A stretch of 61,736 nucleotides of DNA, the filler included. It is 14 parts of 14 records of this genome, joined end to end, with 100 filler letters (N's around TTAATTAATTAA, not from the genome) between each part and the next. Parts side by side here need not be neighbours in the genome. Positions count along the whole stretch, not along the records: positions 44,466 to 51,932 come from SRR15195285_5356; positions 52,033 to 57,248 come from SRR15195285_5359; positions 57,349 to 61,736 come from SRR15195285_5367; 11 more parts are not named here. The stretch is one strand, 5' to 3'. The notes beneath the pieces were generated by a model. It saw only the letters and a program-made list of their open reading frames with translations, did no database searches and had not been told where the DNA came from. Shown here piece by piece: positions 46,063-57,499 of the stretch. The translations under genes were made by a program, and so were the position numbers. Every line of letters starts with the position of its first letter. Positions within the stretch are counted from its first letter, which is position 1.

Positions 46063-49000
46063 TCAGAGGCTCACCTTCGATGAAGCTTCTGCACCACCTG
46101 CAAGAAGCTGCCCTTGAGCCCCGGATGAGCCGTTTCCCTCTGTCACCTGCCATACCAAGCAGCCACACACGGTCGTGCGCGGATCGCGCGTCAGAAAACC
46201 AAGCATCGTAGTCGAAGCGAGCGCCAAGCAGTGGTGCACGAATTGTACCTGTTGTTCAGCCCCCTCTTCGGCGCCAGGATCCTTGATGCTAATCGCCATC
46301 TCTACCTTGCTCACGGCAGCCGAGCGCACGCGCTTTGCTTCGAAATGACCAACGGAGGCGCTGGCGCGCGCGTCCGTCCAGCGTCCGTCCTTGAGCTCAG
46401 AGCCATCTGCGGACAACCTTGCCCGCCACATGGTCGTGTGACCGCCGTCGTGAAACTGTTGTCGGAACGTTAGCTCTCCTTCCGCAGTCACGCAGTCCAC
46501 CAGTGAGAAGCACCCTTCATCGTTCAGTGCCTCACTTCCAGGCACTTTGATTCCATCGACGCTGCCACCCTCGTAGACAGCATTCCCGCTGGCGTCCCGA
46601 CCTATCTCCCGCAGCACAAAGCACTCTTGCACAGACCCGTTGTCGTGTGCGCCGTCGGCAATCCACATACCAGCGGCGCTAGTTGAGTCGACGTTCTCGT
46701 CAGCAACCACATCGGCCGCCTCTGCCTGTGCAGACTCGGGTTCGGGTTCGGGCTCTGGCTCTGGCTCCGGCTCCGACTTGGGCTTCAAGAGAGCGGGGGC
46801 TTGCTCGTCAGCAACTATGTCAGCCGCAGCTGACTCTTCAGGCTCGGGATCGGGCTCCGGTTCTGGGGTTGGCTCGAGGAGGGCAGGAGGCACTCCTTCC
46901 TCGGCTGAAGGCAACACTCTGAGCTCTGTTCGGCCGAACTGGAGCGAGTCGTCGATGACAAACGCGAGTTGTCCATCGTTTTGTGCTTCGAAGAAGCCGT
47001 TGTGGACGCACACACGCCTTACGCCAGCACCCAGATCCTCGCCATCTAAAGCCATCAACTTCCCAGATGCGGCACCCTCGGGACAAAACCATAGCATCAA
47101 GTCTGCAGTGGCGTCTACAATCATCGTCTCGGCTGCATCACTAGCTGGACGCGGGCTCGCGAAACACTGAAATCCTCGGGGACTGCTCTTCGACCCTCGA
47201 CTCGTATGCGCCTTCGACAGTACGCGAACCTGCCATTCAACTCGTTGGCCCCGACGCACATGGAAGGTTCTGACCGTCCGCGCATCAAGGCTGAACTCGT
47301 TGATATCTGTCGAGCCTACACATTCCTTCAGTTCCACAACCTCGCTATCTGTCTCCCCAAGAGCCATCTGCAATGCTGTCGGGATAGACTGCGAAACAGA
47401 CCCCTTTCCATTCCAGCTCAGCTGCGCAAGCACAGTACCTGCAGCTGAGCCATCGGCTTTTACCAAAGGAAGCCAACCGGTAAAGTCCCAGTTTGGCGAG
47501 TCCGAGGTCTGAAGGAACGCAAACGAAAGCATACAGCTACCCGCAATCGACATGCTCTGTTTTTCGTCAACAGGGGCTAAGTGCACCTTCAGAGTGTGCG
47601 GTGTGAATGTGCCGTGGCGCTGGTCGTGAAACTGTTCAGAGACTGCTGGTAGGGTAGGGTTGTTGCAGCCCAACTTGTCCAGCGTGCGATGCATCGGTGG
47701 CTGCGTTTCCTCACGAGCTGTAAGCTTGAGCTTGCAGCAAATGCCTGACCAGTCAGTCACAGAAGCTTGTGTGTCTCTGGCACGCAGAATTGACACTCTC
47801 AGACCTGGCTGCGGTTGGACCGTGTCGACAGAGGTGTCGATAGGTTCAACTTCGTTTGATGTGCGTTTGGCAACAAAACCGCATTGAAACGCTTCGCTCC
47901 ATTCCCCTTTTGTCATGACTATGTCCGTTCCCATCTGACCAACTTGTGCCGTCCACACTGTTTGTGTACCATCACAATACGACTGTGTCATGCAGAGGGT
48001 CTGGTCGACGATGGAGCCGACAAGTGTGAAGTGACGATGAATTCCCGCATCGGTTCCCAGCGACCTCCCGTAAACCAAAGTATCGCACTGCCGCAACTCG
48101 AACCATTCCTCCACGCTACTCAACTGGTAAGATGTTTCCTGGGGATCAGTTCCAATGCCTGTCGCTTGCCATTTCCCACTGATATCACCAGGTTTGTTGC
48201 CGACCCAATTGTCTGAAAATCTCAGATGAAGTGGCCGAGACTTGCTTTCCTTGACAATCTCGAGGGTTTCTTTGAACGACAAGCCCGCAACACTAGTTGC
48301 CGACACTTCCACCAGCTCCAGGCCAGGACGCAATTCCGGGACACGAAGCGCCTGCGACCCTGGTTGCAACTTTTCTATGAAAGTACGACTGCTAGCCGTA
48401 TCGTGTTTGAACGCTATGCCTAGCGTTCCCATTTCAGGCAACGAAACTGCAATGTCGGCGGCAGCAGTCATTGGGTTGCAGGCTGCAGGCTGCAGCCAGC
48501 ACGGGATGAGGCGAATTTCCAATGGCCGGGCTTCCGTCGCAAGCTGCGAGATTGCCTGTGCGAATGGAATTTCCGTGAAGTTTGTCCTGCCCACAGTCGC
48601 AACTACGAAAGATGAACTGCCAGTAGCCTCGCGAAGCTTTGTCAACCGGTCTTCATAGCGTGCAGCCTGCGAGCCTGGCACAATATTGCGCAGTAAAACC
48701 CTGTCATCCGAGCCCTTGAACCAACGCAGACCCACATCATCTGGTTCCGTAAACGTCAGCAGCACAGCCTGGTTTGCACGCATCCAGTCTCTCTCAGCCT
48801 TTTCCAGTTGCTCAAGCAAGACATCAGCGGTTTCTTCAAGTGCTAATCTTGCACCTTCCTTGACACCAGACATCTGCTGCTTACTGACTTCCTCTCGACA
48901 CTGTTGTTCGACCTGCTCTCGCACCTGAACAGCCTTCAGCTGATCTTCCATTGCACGCTGCGTGGCAGCAATTTCTTGCTTCAGCTTCGCAAGCTCGTCC

Positions 49001-51786
49001 TTTACCTGGACAGGTGCTTGCTCCAAATCTGTTTCGACGGGGTGGACAAGCGAATCAATCGAACTAAAGTACTGCGGTGGCAGCTCGGCCTGCTGACTCG
49101 GTGGTCGTGCAGTTCGCAGATCGAGGGGACCAGAAACCGGCGCGGCCTTGGTTGCACGCAGAGTGTCTAGCTCGGCCTTGACCCGCTCAAGCTCTGCTTC
49201 AACTGTTTTGAAATGGCTCGCCGCATGGATCTCAGATTCCAATGCGTCTTTCTCGTTTTGCACTGCTTGCAGCTGGGCCTTAATATTCTCTAGCTCAGCA
49301 TTATTTTGCCTTTCCTCCTCAGCCTTTTCCTCGGCCTTTTCCTCAGCTGCCGCTGCTTGGGCGAGTAGTTCTGCCGCAGCTTGTGAAGCAGCTTCCTGCC
49401 GCTCCAGCGCCTCCGCCTCTTCTGCCTGCTGTTGTTCTATCCTCAGTTCCCAAAGTGACGCCTCCGCCGCCTCCTGTTGCTTCTTAAGGTCCGCGTTCAT
49501 TTGTCTCAGCTCCTTTTCCGCAGCATCCTGCGCCTCCTTATGCTGAGCCAGAGTTGTTTCGTGTCCTGCAACAGCTTCTGAAAGCTCAGTGCGATGCGTT
49601 TCCAGCTCAAGCGAGCGCGCATGTGCTTGCTTCTGAGCGGCTAACAGCTCGTTGCGGGTCTTCTCGTGGCTGAGCGAATGTTCCGCCTCTCTCTCCGTCT
49701 GTTCAAGCTTCAGCTGTGCGAATCGCTCTTCGTGGGCGCCAACACGTTCCATGTGGGCGCGCTCCAATGCTGCACACCGTTCCTCCGCCTCTGAAACTGC
49801 AGTTGCCGAGGCCGTGGCAAGTCGTTCCTCCTGCTCTCGCCGTTCTTCAGCCATCTTCTGTTGCACCTCTTCGTGCTGCTGCCGTTGCTCCTCGGCGGCC
49901 TCTCTGTGCCGCTGATCAAGCAAGCTCATCTCCCCAGTCAGCTCACTGACGTGCTTTTTGTAGCTCAGCTGGTGGCGTGCGGCTTCTTCTGCAGTTTCTC
50001 TGTGCCGCTGCTCCGAAACATCCAAACTCATTGCCAGTGTTTCCTTTCCAAGCTTGTGCACTAAGCTTGCCCAGCGAGTATGCACACGCTCAGAGTGCAC
50101 CAACTTTTCATGGGCCGCCTTCTGAATCGCCATTTCGTCTTCGTGCTCCTTTTCGCTCTCCTTCATCTCGGCGTGGTACGTTGCTGCTTCGTCCTTCGCA
50201 GCTGTGGTTTCCTCTTTAAAACTCTCCTCTAGCGTTGCAACGTGCAGCTCGTTTTGGCGCCGGTGGTCCTCCAGCCGGCGCTCATAATGCTGCTCCAACG
50301 CCACCGCGTGCTCTTGGTGTTTGCGGATGCGCTCGTTAGCTTCTTTCTCCATGGCTTCGATGTGCGCCTCAGCGCGCTCCGTTGACTCCATCGACGCACG
50401 CACCAAGCTCTCCGCGTGCTCTCGTGCCGAGCGTTCCAGATCTACAGCCGCCATGGCATCCGTCCGAATTGCTTGGTTCTCTACATAAGAGTTCTCCAGC
50501 TCAGCCCCGCGCTCAGCCAGAATTTCGGCCGCAAGTGTTCGTGCACTTCTGGCAACTGTGCTCATTTCGGTGGTTTCAAGGTCGCCCAGGATCTCGTGTG
50601 CAAGCTCCTTCGCCTCCTTCGCAGCCGGCGTCATGGCTGTGACCGGCGACAGTGCGATCGAGGAGGTACGTGGTGCGATCGGCGTGATGGTCGCAACAAG
50701 CTGGGGCGAATACTGCGGACGAGAAAGCGGTGTGTAGATCGCGTCTGGGTCGGCCGTGCGGTCTGCTTGTGGTGGCGTAGCGGGGAGCGGGTGCGGTTGG
50801 GTGAGCGGAGATGACGACTCCTCGATGGGTACTTTGTGGACGCCAGCCAGGATCGCATCTAGCATGGCCTTACCAGTCCACTCATCAGATGCATCCAACT
50901 CATTTGGCACTATCGAATCGTCTAGCTCCCGTAGCATACCAGCAGCAAGCTGGTCGAAGGCGTCAGAGTGGGACTGTTCACTCTGCTGAGGCTCTGTGAC
51001 CGGCGTGTCCCCACCGAGCGATGCCATGGCGGCTGGCTTCTCCCCGAGATGCCGACGAAGGTCCTTCTTCTCTATGGCAGCTCCGTCGCCTCGATCCGTG
51101 GTCAGGTATTCGGCCCAGAGCTGCACGGTACCGTACGGGTGGCGGTGGCGCATTGGGGAGCGAGGGGTCCCAGCTTCCTGGCTTGCCATCCTCGCCATCC
51201 GCATACGTAGGTGCTTGGCTTTCACCTTGAAGGCGGGGTCCGAGAGCCCCCACGTGTCCTCTGCAGCGCTGACCTCGTCGCCTGCGGCCGCTGCCTCCTC
51301 GTCACGGCGCGCCAGCAGCTCTGCCACGGCGATGTCGGCTCGCCCGAGGTAAGCGTCGCTTGCAGTGCGCTCTTGCGTCAGATCCGCCTGGTGCCTGACC
51401 ACTACCTTGAGCTTCATCTGCTTCAGCTCGTGCTCGCTCAACGAGCTCACGTCAATGTCAAACTGCTCGTCGAACACCGGATCGAGCGAGCGCGCCACTG
51501 TGCGCGACTTGAGCTTTGGAAGGCCTGGCAGCGAAACCTGCACATACCTGCTCCGGCCAAAAGTAGCCTTGAGCAGCGGTCAAAACAGTGTACACAGAAC
51601 CCCAGCCAGAAACATGGAGACACATTTTCATCGGAGTAGGCACGGATTGCTGCTCACGTCCCGCGGGGCCCCCGCACTGCACTCCTCCACCGCGACGAGC
51701 TCACAGCAGCGGCTCACCAGCACGCTGAGCGTGGCAGCACCGCCGCCGCCGCCGCCGTCAACGCTGCCACCGGGGACGCCACTCAT
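46063..51786 (-). CDS. Giant scaffold (about 1,850 aa): C2, long coiled coil, two PDZ-like domains and further beta domains; both ends uncertain
   Basis: Intron 51548-51643 completes the C2 motif SSNP|YVQVSL...KSRTVARSLDPVFDEQF...YLGRADIAV. PDZ-like GTLGIAF...IEKLQPGSQA...LRPGLELVEV...RPLHLRF. In-frame intron 46147-46248. Confidence 0.8.
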
Positions 51787-51882
51787 CCACCCCGATCCGT
51801 GCACACTGCAGTGTCCACTGCTCACGGCAGGCACTTCCGCCCGCAAGAAAGAAAAGAAAAACGTGCAAGGGCGATGCGCCAC

Positions 51883-51932
51883 ACCAGCACCAGCACCAGC
51901 GCCAGCACCAGCGCCAGCACCAGCACCAGCAC
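51883..51932. repeat. (CCAGCA/CCAGCG)n hexamer array at a contig end
   Basis: Read directly; most contigs here end in similar microsatellites. Confidence 0.85.
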
Positions 51933-52376
51933 NNNNNNNNNNNNNNNNNNNNNNNNNNNNNNNNNNNNNNNNNNNNTTAATTAATTAANNNNNNNNNNNN
52001 NNNNNNNNNNNNNNNNNNNNNNNNNNNNNNNNAATCTCTCCCCTGGGCGAAGCTACCAGGGACACGAGACTTGCGCGCAATTCATTCGCGGAATTGGACA
52101 CTCAAGTGAAAATGTGAGGAAAGCCCGGGTGCCGGGATTCATCGAGTTTGTAGGGAGATCAAGCACCACGTTTGTCTTCAATGGCGTTGAAAAACACTAC
52201 ACAGACGAACCGCTGAGCTCTGTAAGTCGTATTCAAGAGCGTGCCCAAGTCGTCATTCACGACATTCAACTGAATGCGATTTGGTACGAGATCAAACTGC
52301 ACTGAACTATGATAAATATGAGATTGTAATATGTACCGCGACGCGCGACATCGTCTCTCGCTAGAGCTAGCGATCG

Positions 52377-53702
52377 ATGGCGTCGGGCGAGGGGCAGGCG
52401 CATCGGGCCCTTATGCGCCGGGGTGTGCTCGGCATGCGTCGGCTGGATGACGCTTTCTTCCCCGTGACGCCAGTCCGCTCCGAGGGAATGCTGGAGCGGA
52501 CTGGAGGCCACTCCATTCACTGGCTCGAGGCCGGACACCCCACCGGTACGTACTGAAGTCGCTTGGCTGTGCTGGTGGGCGCGCGCTGGCGCTGTGAGAG
52601 GTGCCATGAGTTGATCCAGCGTGGATGGAAACCGACTGTGTGAGCAGGGATGCCCGTGGTGATCTGCAGCGGGGGTCCCGGCAGCGGCATGAATCAGTCG
52701 CGCCGGCGGTTCTACGACCCTACTGCGTGGCGCATTGTGATGTTCGATCAGCGCGGATGTGGCAAGTCTACGCCGACAGGGCTGCTCACGGAGAACACGC
52801 TGCAGCACACGATCGACGATATGGAGGCCCTGCGTGAACTGCTTGGGATCGACCGCTGGGTCGTCGCGGGCGGCTCCTGGGGAAGTACGGTCGCAGTCGC
52901 CTACGCTGAGGCCAACCCAGACAGCTGCTTGGGCCTCTCTCTGACGTCAATGTGGCTCGCACGAGAGGCGGATATTCACTGGTGGTTCCAAGGCGTTCGC
53001 ACTATGTTTCCAGAGCTGTGGGCCGCGTTCGCAGAACTAGTACCGGAAGCAGAACGGAACGACCTGCGTGACGCGTACTGTTCGCGAATTCTAGGCGACG
53101 ACGCGACCGTTGCGGCGATGGCGGCCGAGCAGCTCTGTGCCTATGAACAGGGCTTCATGCAGTTTGATGTCGACCCGAGCGACGCCAAACACCGAGCCGT
53201 TGAGCTCAAGGGCACAGAGGACGGTCAGGGATTGGCCGAACCGGATCCCGCAGCAGTCGCGTACGGCACGGTCTTTGCGCACTACGCATCGCAAAAATTC
53301 TTTGTAAAGGACCGCGAGCTATTAGAAAATGCCTCTAAGATTGTCGGATTGCCGGTTGAGATGGTAGTGGGGCGATACGACTGCTGTTGCCCACCGGCGA
53401 ACTCCTTCGATCTGGCGCAGGTTCTGCCGCTCTGCAATCTGGTAGTTGTGCCAGGTGCGGGGCACAAAGCAAGCGAGGTTGCTATGGGCGCGCCGTGCTC
53501 GCAGGCACCGGAGCGTTTGCGGCTTCGGATCCAGTCAGTAGCAGCTTTGCGGCAGGAGGCGGAGCGATGGGAACGAGAGTGTGAGACAGAGGTCGCATCT
53601 CCAACAAGATTGCGGGCAGCTAAGATCTCAGTACTACAAGAGAAGCTGGCGGTGCTTCAGGCAGCCAGCGAGGAGTCTCGGGCGGCGTCGCCTGATTCTT
53701 GA
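52377..53702 (+). CDS. pip: Proline iminopeptidase (peptidase S33, alpha/beta hydrolase); exons 52377-52545 and 52648-53702
   Basis: GGHSIHWLEAGHPT|GMPVV.CSGGPG, FDQRGCGKSTP, LRELLGIDRWVVAGGSWGST (Ser), GRYD (Asp), AGH (His); intron 52546-52647 (GTACGT..CAG). Confidence 0.9.
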
Positions 53703-53793
53703 CGTCCTGTAGAAGGCCGGCGACGACAATCGAAAAGGAATTATTTTTGGAACTTCGGGGTTTTTTCGCGTTGGAACTTCAGCACGTGTGTGC

Positions 53794-55782
53794 TCACTGC
53801 CCCGGCTTCCCAGTCGCGTCTGTCATCTCTGGGGTCAACGTCGCCATCGCTCGGTCAACATGCAGATCGACCCTCGCAAGCACTTCTCCCACTATAGCTG
53901 CAATATCTGCGACTACCTCTCGCCGCTGCACCGACTCCGGACCATTCTGAAAGTGTGTGTGCTGGCGCTGTGCCTGTGCTCTCGCTCGTGCTCGGGTCTG
54001 TCGCCCGCGTTCGTGTGCCTGAAGCTTCGTCGCCGCCGCATCAAGCGACTCCTGAGGATCACCTGCCTGCTCGGTATCTGGTTCTACGGCCGGAGACTCC
54101 ACAGCCACGCCTGGCGTCGTTCCCCTGCCCAGAATATTTGCCAGAAGTCTCAACGGTGTCGGCTCAATCATTGCGGCCGCGGCGGTACTTGCATGCCATA
54201 GCGGCACAGATGCAATGTGTGCTCGAGCAGCGCGCTCGACTGCGTGGGATGGCGATCCGGCTGCGTGAAGCCGCTCGCGTAACCTCTCAATTTCCGTTTC
54301 ACGGTCGATGAGGGTTTGCAGCGCAACGGCAGTTTGCGCTCCTGCTGTCCCTGCAATCGGTGCTGTCCGCTCTCGGAGAATCGCGGCTGGAGCTGGTGCT
54401 GGTGCTGGAGGCGTGGGGGGGGCTGGTTGAGGCGGAGTGACCGGTGACTCTCTCACTGGCACCACCGGAGCTGTTCCCAAGGTGTAAGCAGTGGAGACCA
54501 ATGGCCGCCAGCCAGTACCCAAAGCATAGCCATCGACCGCCTTGACTGGCACGACAGTTTTCGCATCGTCAACGCCAGCAACATCGACATCTGTCTTGGT
54601 GTTGCTGTCAGTATCGTCTGTGGCCGTGGCGGCAACCTGAGGGTGCTCTTTGGCCTGCTGTGTCACGACACTAGCAGCAGCACGTCGAAGCGGTAGTGGA
54701 GCGTAGTGTTCCCACTCAACGCGCCGTACATGTTGCGACTGCGTACTGGTCATCGACATGTGACCGGTGTTGGCAACGGGTAGTGGAGGGTATCCAGCCT
54801 CTGTGAACCCACTCATTCCACTCATTCCACTCCCACTCGACACCAATCCCCTACCGTGCGCTACATCACGATCAACAACGCCCCCGCTGGAATCTGGTGC
54901 CAAGTTGGCCTTGGGCTGCAACGGCGTAGCTCTCGCTGCACCGCCAAGCACGGACGGCGCCATAGCAGCAAACCACATGCTGTCATCACTAGTCATGCTC
55001 GCAGCAGTCTGACCATTCGCAGCGTTTTCACCACGGGTCACGTGTGAACCTGTTGGGACTGTGCTAGCAGGCAGTGGAACGAGCCCCTTGCCCCCCGGCA
55101 TGCTCAAGCGGCTCGCAGCCCGCGTGAGGTCATCGGCTGCGGATCTACTGTCATCAGTGTGGGTGTCGTGCCACATCTCGACGGAGCGTCTGCCTTGCGC
55201 GAGCCGATGGTGCCAGGCAATGCTAGCTTGGTTAGACAGTCTGTCACCAGTACTTATAACAGCAGCACTTGCATCTCCCCAGCTGTTGCTCGCGGGGTTG
55301 ACGTCTTCATACCTGTGGTGCTGAGGCTGTTTGTGGCGAGGCTGGCCAAGCGTTCGGAACTGCTGGAGTGTGCGCCCTGCATCAGATGCCTGCGTCAGAG
55401 GTGCAAATTCCCCTCTCGGACGCCCAGTGTAGTGAGCGAGCGCAGACGACGATCGTGACGAGGGACGGCTCCGCGAGGGGTTGTGGCCGAGTGTCGGCCG
55501 GCGTTCCTGCTTGGTCGATTGCTGCTCCTGTGCTCTCACCTCTGCCTCAACTGCCCGAAGCGTGGCCTCCGCGGCCTTCGCCTGCGTAATTACAAGCACG
55601 GGATCATCCGCCTCTGCCGCTTGCTCGGCCCCGCCCCCGCTCTGTAGGTGCATCAGCAGGGCGTAGCTGCGAGGCAGCCGCTGGGATATCTCTTCGTCAA
55701 CTGCATCTGCCGCGCCATTGCTATCGACTGGCGGGAGCATCGTGGTCGTCGACGTCCGCTCACCGAGCAGCGATCGATTCAT
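53794..55782 (-). CDS. Low-complexity, disordered protein with one IQ motif (662 aa)
   Basis: Long ORF; AAATKLQAHERGRQTR fits the IQ consensus. Confidence 0.6.
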   Translation of the reverse strand: MNRSLLGERTSTTTMLPPVDSNGAADAVDEEISQRLPRSYALLMHLQSGGGAEQAAEADDPVLVITQAKAAEATLRAVEAEVRAQEQQSTKQERRPTLGHNPSRSRPSSRSSSALAHYTGRPRGEFAPLTQASDAGRTLQQFRTLGQPRHKQPQHHRYEDVNPASNSWGDASAAVISTGDRLSNQASIAWHHRLAQGRRSVEMWHDTHTDDSRSAADDLTRAASRLSMPGGKGLVPLPASTVPTGSHVTRGENAANGQTAASMTSDDSMWFAAMAPSVLGGAARATPLQPKANLAPDSSGGVVDRDVAHGRGLVSSGSGMSGMSGFTEAGYPPLPVANTGHMSMTSTQSQHVRRVEWEHYAPLPLRRAAASVVTQQAKEHPQVAATATDDTDSNTKTDVDVAGVDDAKTVVPVKAVDGYALGTGWRPLVSTAYTLGTAPVVPVRESPVTPPQPAPPTPPAPAPAPAAILRERTAPIAGTAGAQTAVALQTLIDRETEIERLRERLHAAGSPSHAVERAARAHIASVPLWHASTAAAAMIEPTPLRLLANILGRGTTPGVAVESPAVEPDTEQAGDPQESLDAAATKLQAHERGRQTRARARAQAQRQHTHFQNGPESVQRREVVADIAAIVGEVLARVDLHVDRAMATLTPEMTDATGKPGQ

Positions 55783-56353
55783 TCTCTGCTGCGGAGCTGC
55801 TGCCCCGCAGTTCGCGGCGGCAGTCTCCCTACCGGCCGCGAGCGAGAGGGCGCTGGCGAACGAGAGGCCGTCCGCGCGGTTCTGCCCTCCCTCCCTCCCT
55901 CGGGGTTCACTCTCGCTACATCAGTGCTGCATACTCTGTGTACACACTGTACACTCTACCGCACAGAGACAGCAGACACACGTCTGGAGAGACAGAGAGC
56001 TCCGTCAGCGAAATCAACGCGACAGCGCTCCGTCGGCTCAACGGTGCGGCGGCAACGTCCGTTGGGCGCGTGAACGTACAACGTCCGCGGCGGAAGTTTG
56101 CATCCAACCTGGGCACTCAGGCGTTCACCGGACGGTGGGACGCAGATCGCGGGCGGGCTCTGAAATATCGATGCCCCATTTTAAAATCGAGTGAGGGTCG
56201 GAGAAATAAAAGCGATGGGCGCGTAGGTCTAACCTCCCTGCTGTCAGCCGTGGGTATGTGGGCGGCGCGCGCGCGCCCTGGCTAGTGGCCAGACTGTGAA
56301 CACGAGAATTCTGTACTCTGCGTGGTGACGTGGGGGAGCATTATTACGTGCAT

Positions 56354-57248
56354 TTAGGGAGAAGGTCTCGTCTCTGGAGTCATGACTGCGAAGTATGCGC
56401 CCTTGCCGAAGCGTGGCTTGCCAGTCCGTTGGCTGTGCGAATTCGGATATCTTTCCGCGTAGTGCTGCAGTGGTATGACACGAAAGTCGATGGTGAGCCG
56501 TGAGTGCGGAGTGTCGTTGGGTATCGTGTAGTGCAGGCATTGATTTCCCCAGAATTGCATCATCTCCCCGACATCAAGCTGAAAAGGTCGATAGTCCCCC
56601 GCGCCCGGCATCGACTCCGACCAGCAAGTGTTGTTCCCGTACGCAGGCGTGCACGGCAGCCAAAAATTTATCTCGTTCTGCTGGTGATGGTAGTCGGCGT
56701 CCCGGTGTTTGTGCACTAGCAGATGCCCGGTCTCTGGCAGGTGGCACCGGAAGTTTGGCACGCGCTGATAAAGGATCCCAGCGTCAGACTCGTCGCCACT
56801 GGCACGCAGGCTACGATGCACTGCTGGCATGACCACCTCGCGGAGGAAGCGCAGGTAGCAACGACCTAGCTCGGCGTCCGGCTCGAAGGGACGAGCCGCC
56901 TTGAGTCGCTTGTCAACAATATTGCGTCGCACAGCATAGGGCCTCGCCTTGTTCGAGCGCATCTCCCGCAGCCAGTTGACAACATCCGGTCGGCGGTGAA
57001 TGAGCTGCAGCACTGCTGGGCTTGAACTTTCAGGATCCGCGTTGCCTGGCAGTGGTGGCGCAACGACCGCCGCCAGCAGCTGCACGAAAGGAAAACGCGC
57101 TGTGTCGTAGTGGTGGATGCGTTCATCGCGCAGCACCGGTGGAATCGTGCAGTAGAGCGCTGGCCGCGGATCGTCAACATCATGCAGCCAGCTGGGCTTC
57201 CAGCCCGCGACGACTCCGAGCTCCGGCTCCGGCTCCGGCTCCGGCTCC
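56354..57248 (-). CDS. StrG-like double-stranded beta-helix (2OG-Fe(II)-type) oxygenase, 5'-partial
   Basis: YQRVPNFRCHLP, HRD (HxD), EINFWLP, WSESMPGAGDY, H in CLHYTIPN and SRLTIDFRVIP. Frame stays open to the contig end through (EP)n. Confidence 0.75.
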
Positions 57249-57499
57249 NNNNNNNNNNNNNNNNNNNNNNNNNNNNNNNNNNNNNNNNNNNNTTAATTAA
57301 TTAANNNNNNNNNNNNNNNNNNNNNNNNNNNNNNNNNNNNNNNNNNNNGGGGGGAGCGGTCGGCCGCGCGCTGGTTCGGAATGGCTTTTTAGATCTACGT
57401 GCGCTGCGCAGCGCGCCAGCCAGGGGCGGCGTGATGCTGGCTGGGCGCATGGGTGACCACGTGGCGTGAGCGCTGCGCGGCCGTTACTGCTGGGCACGG

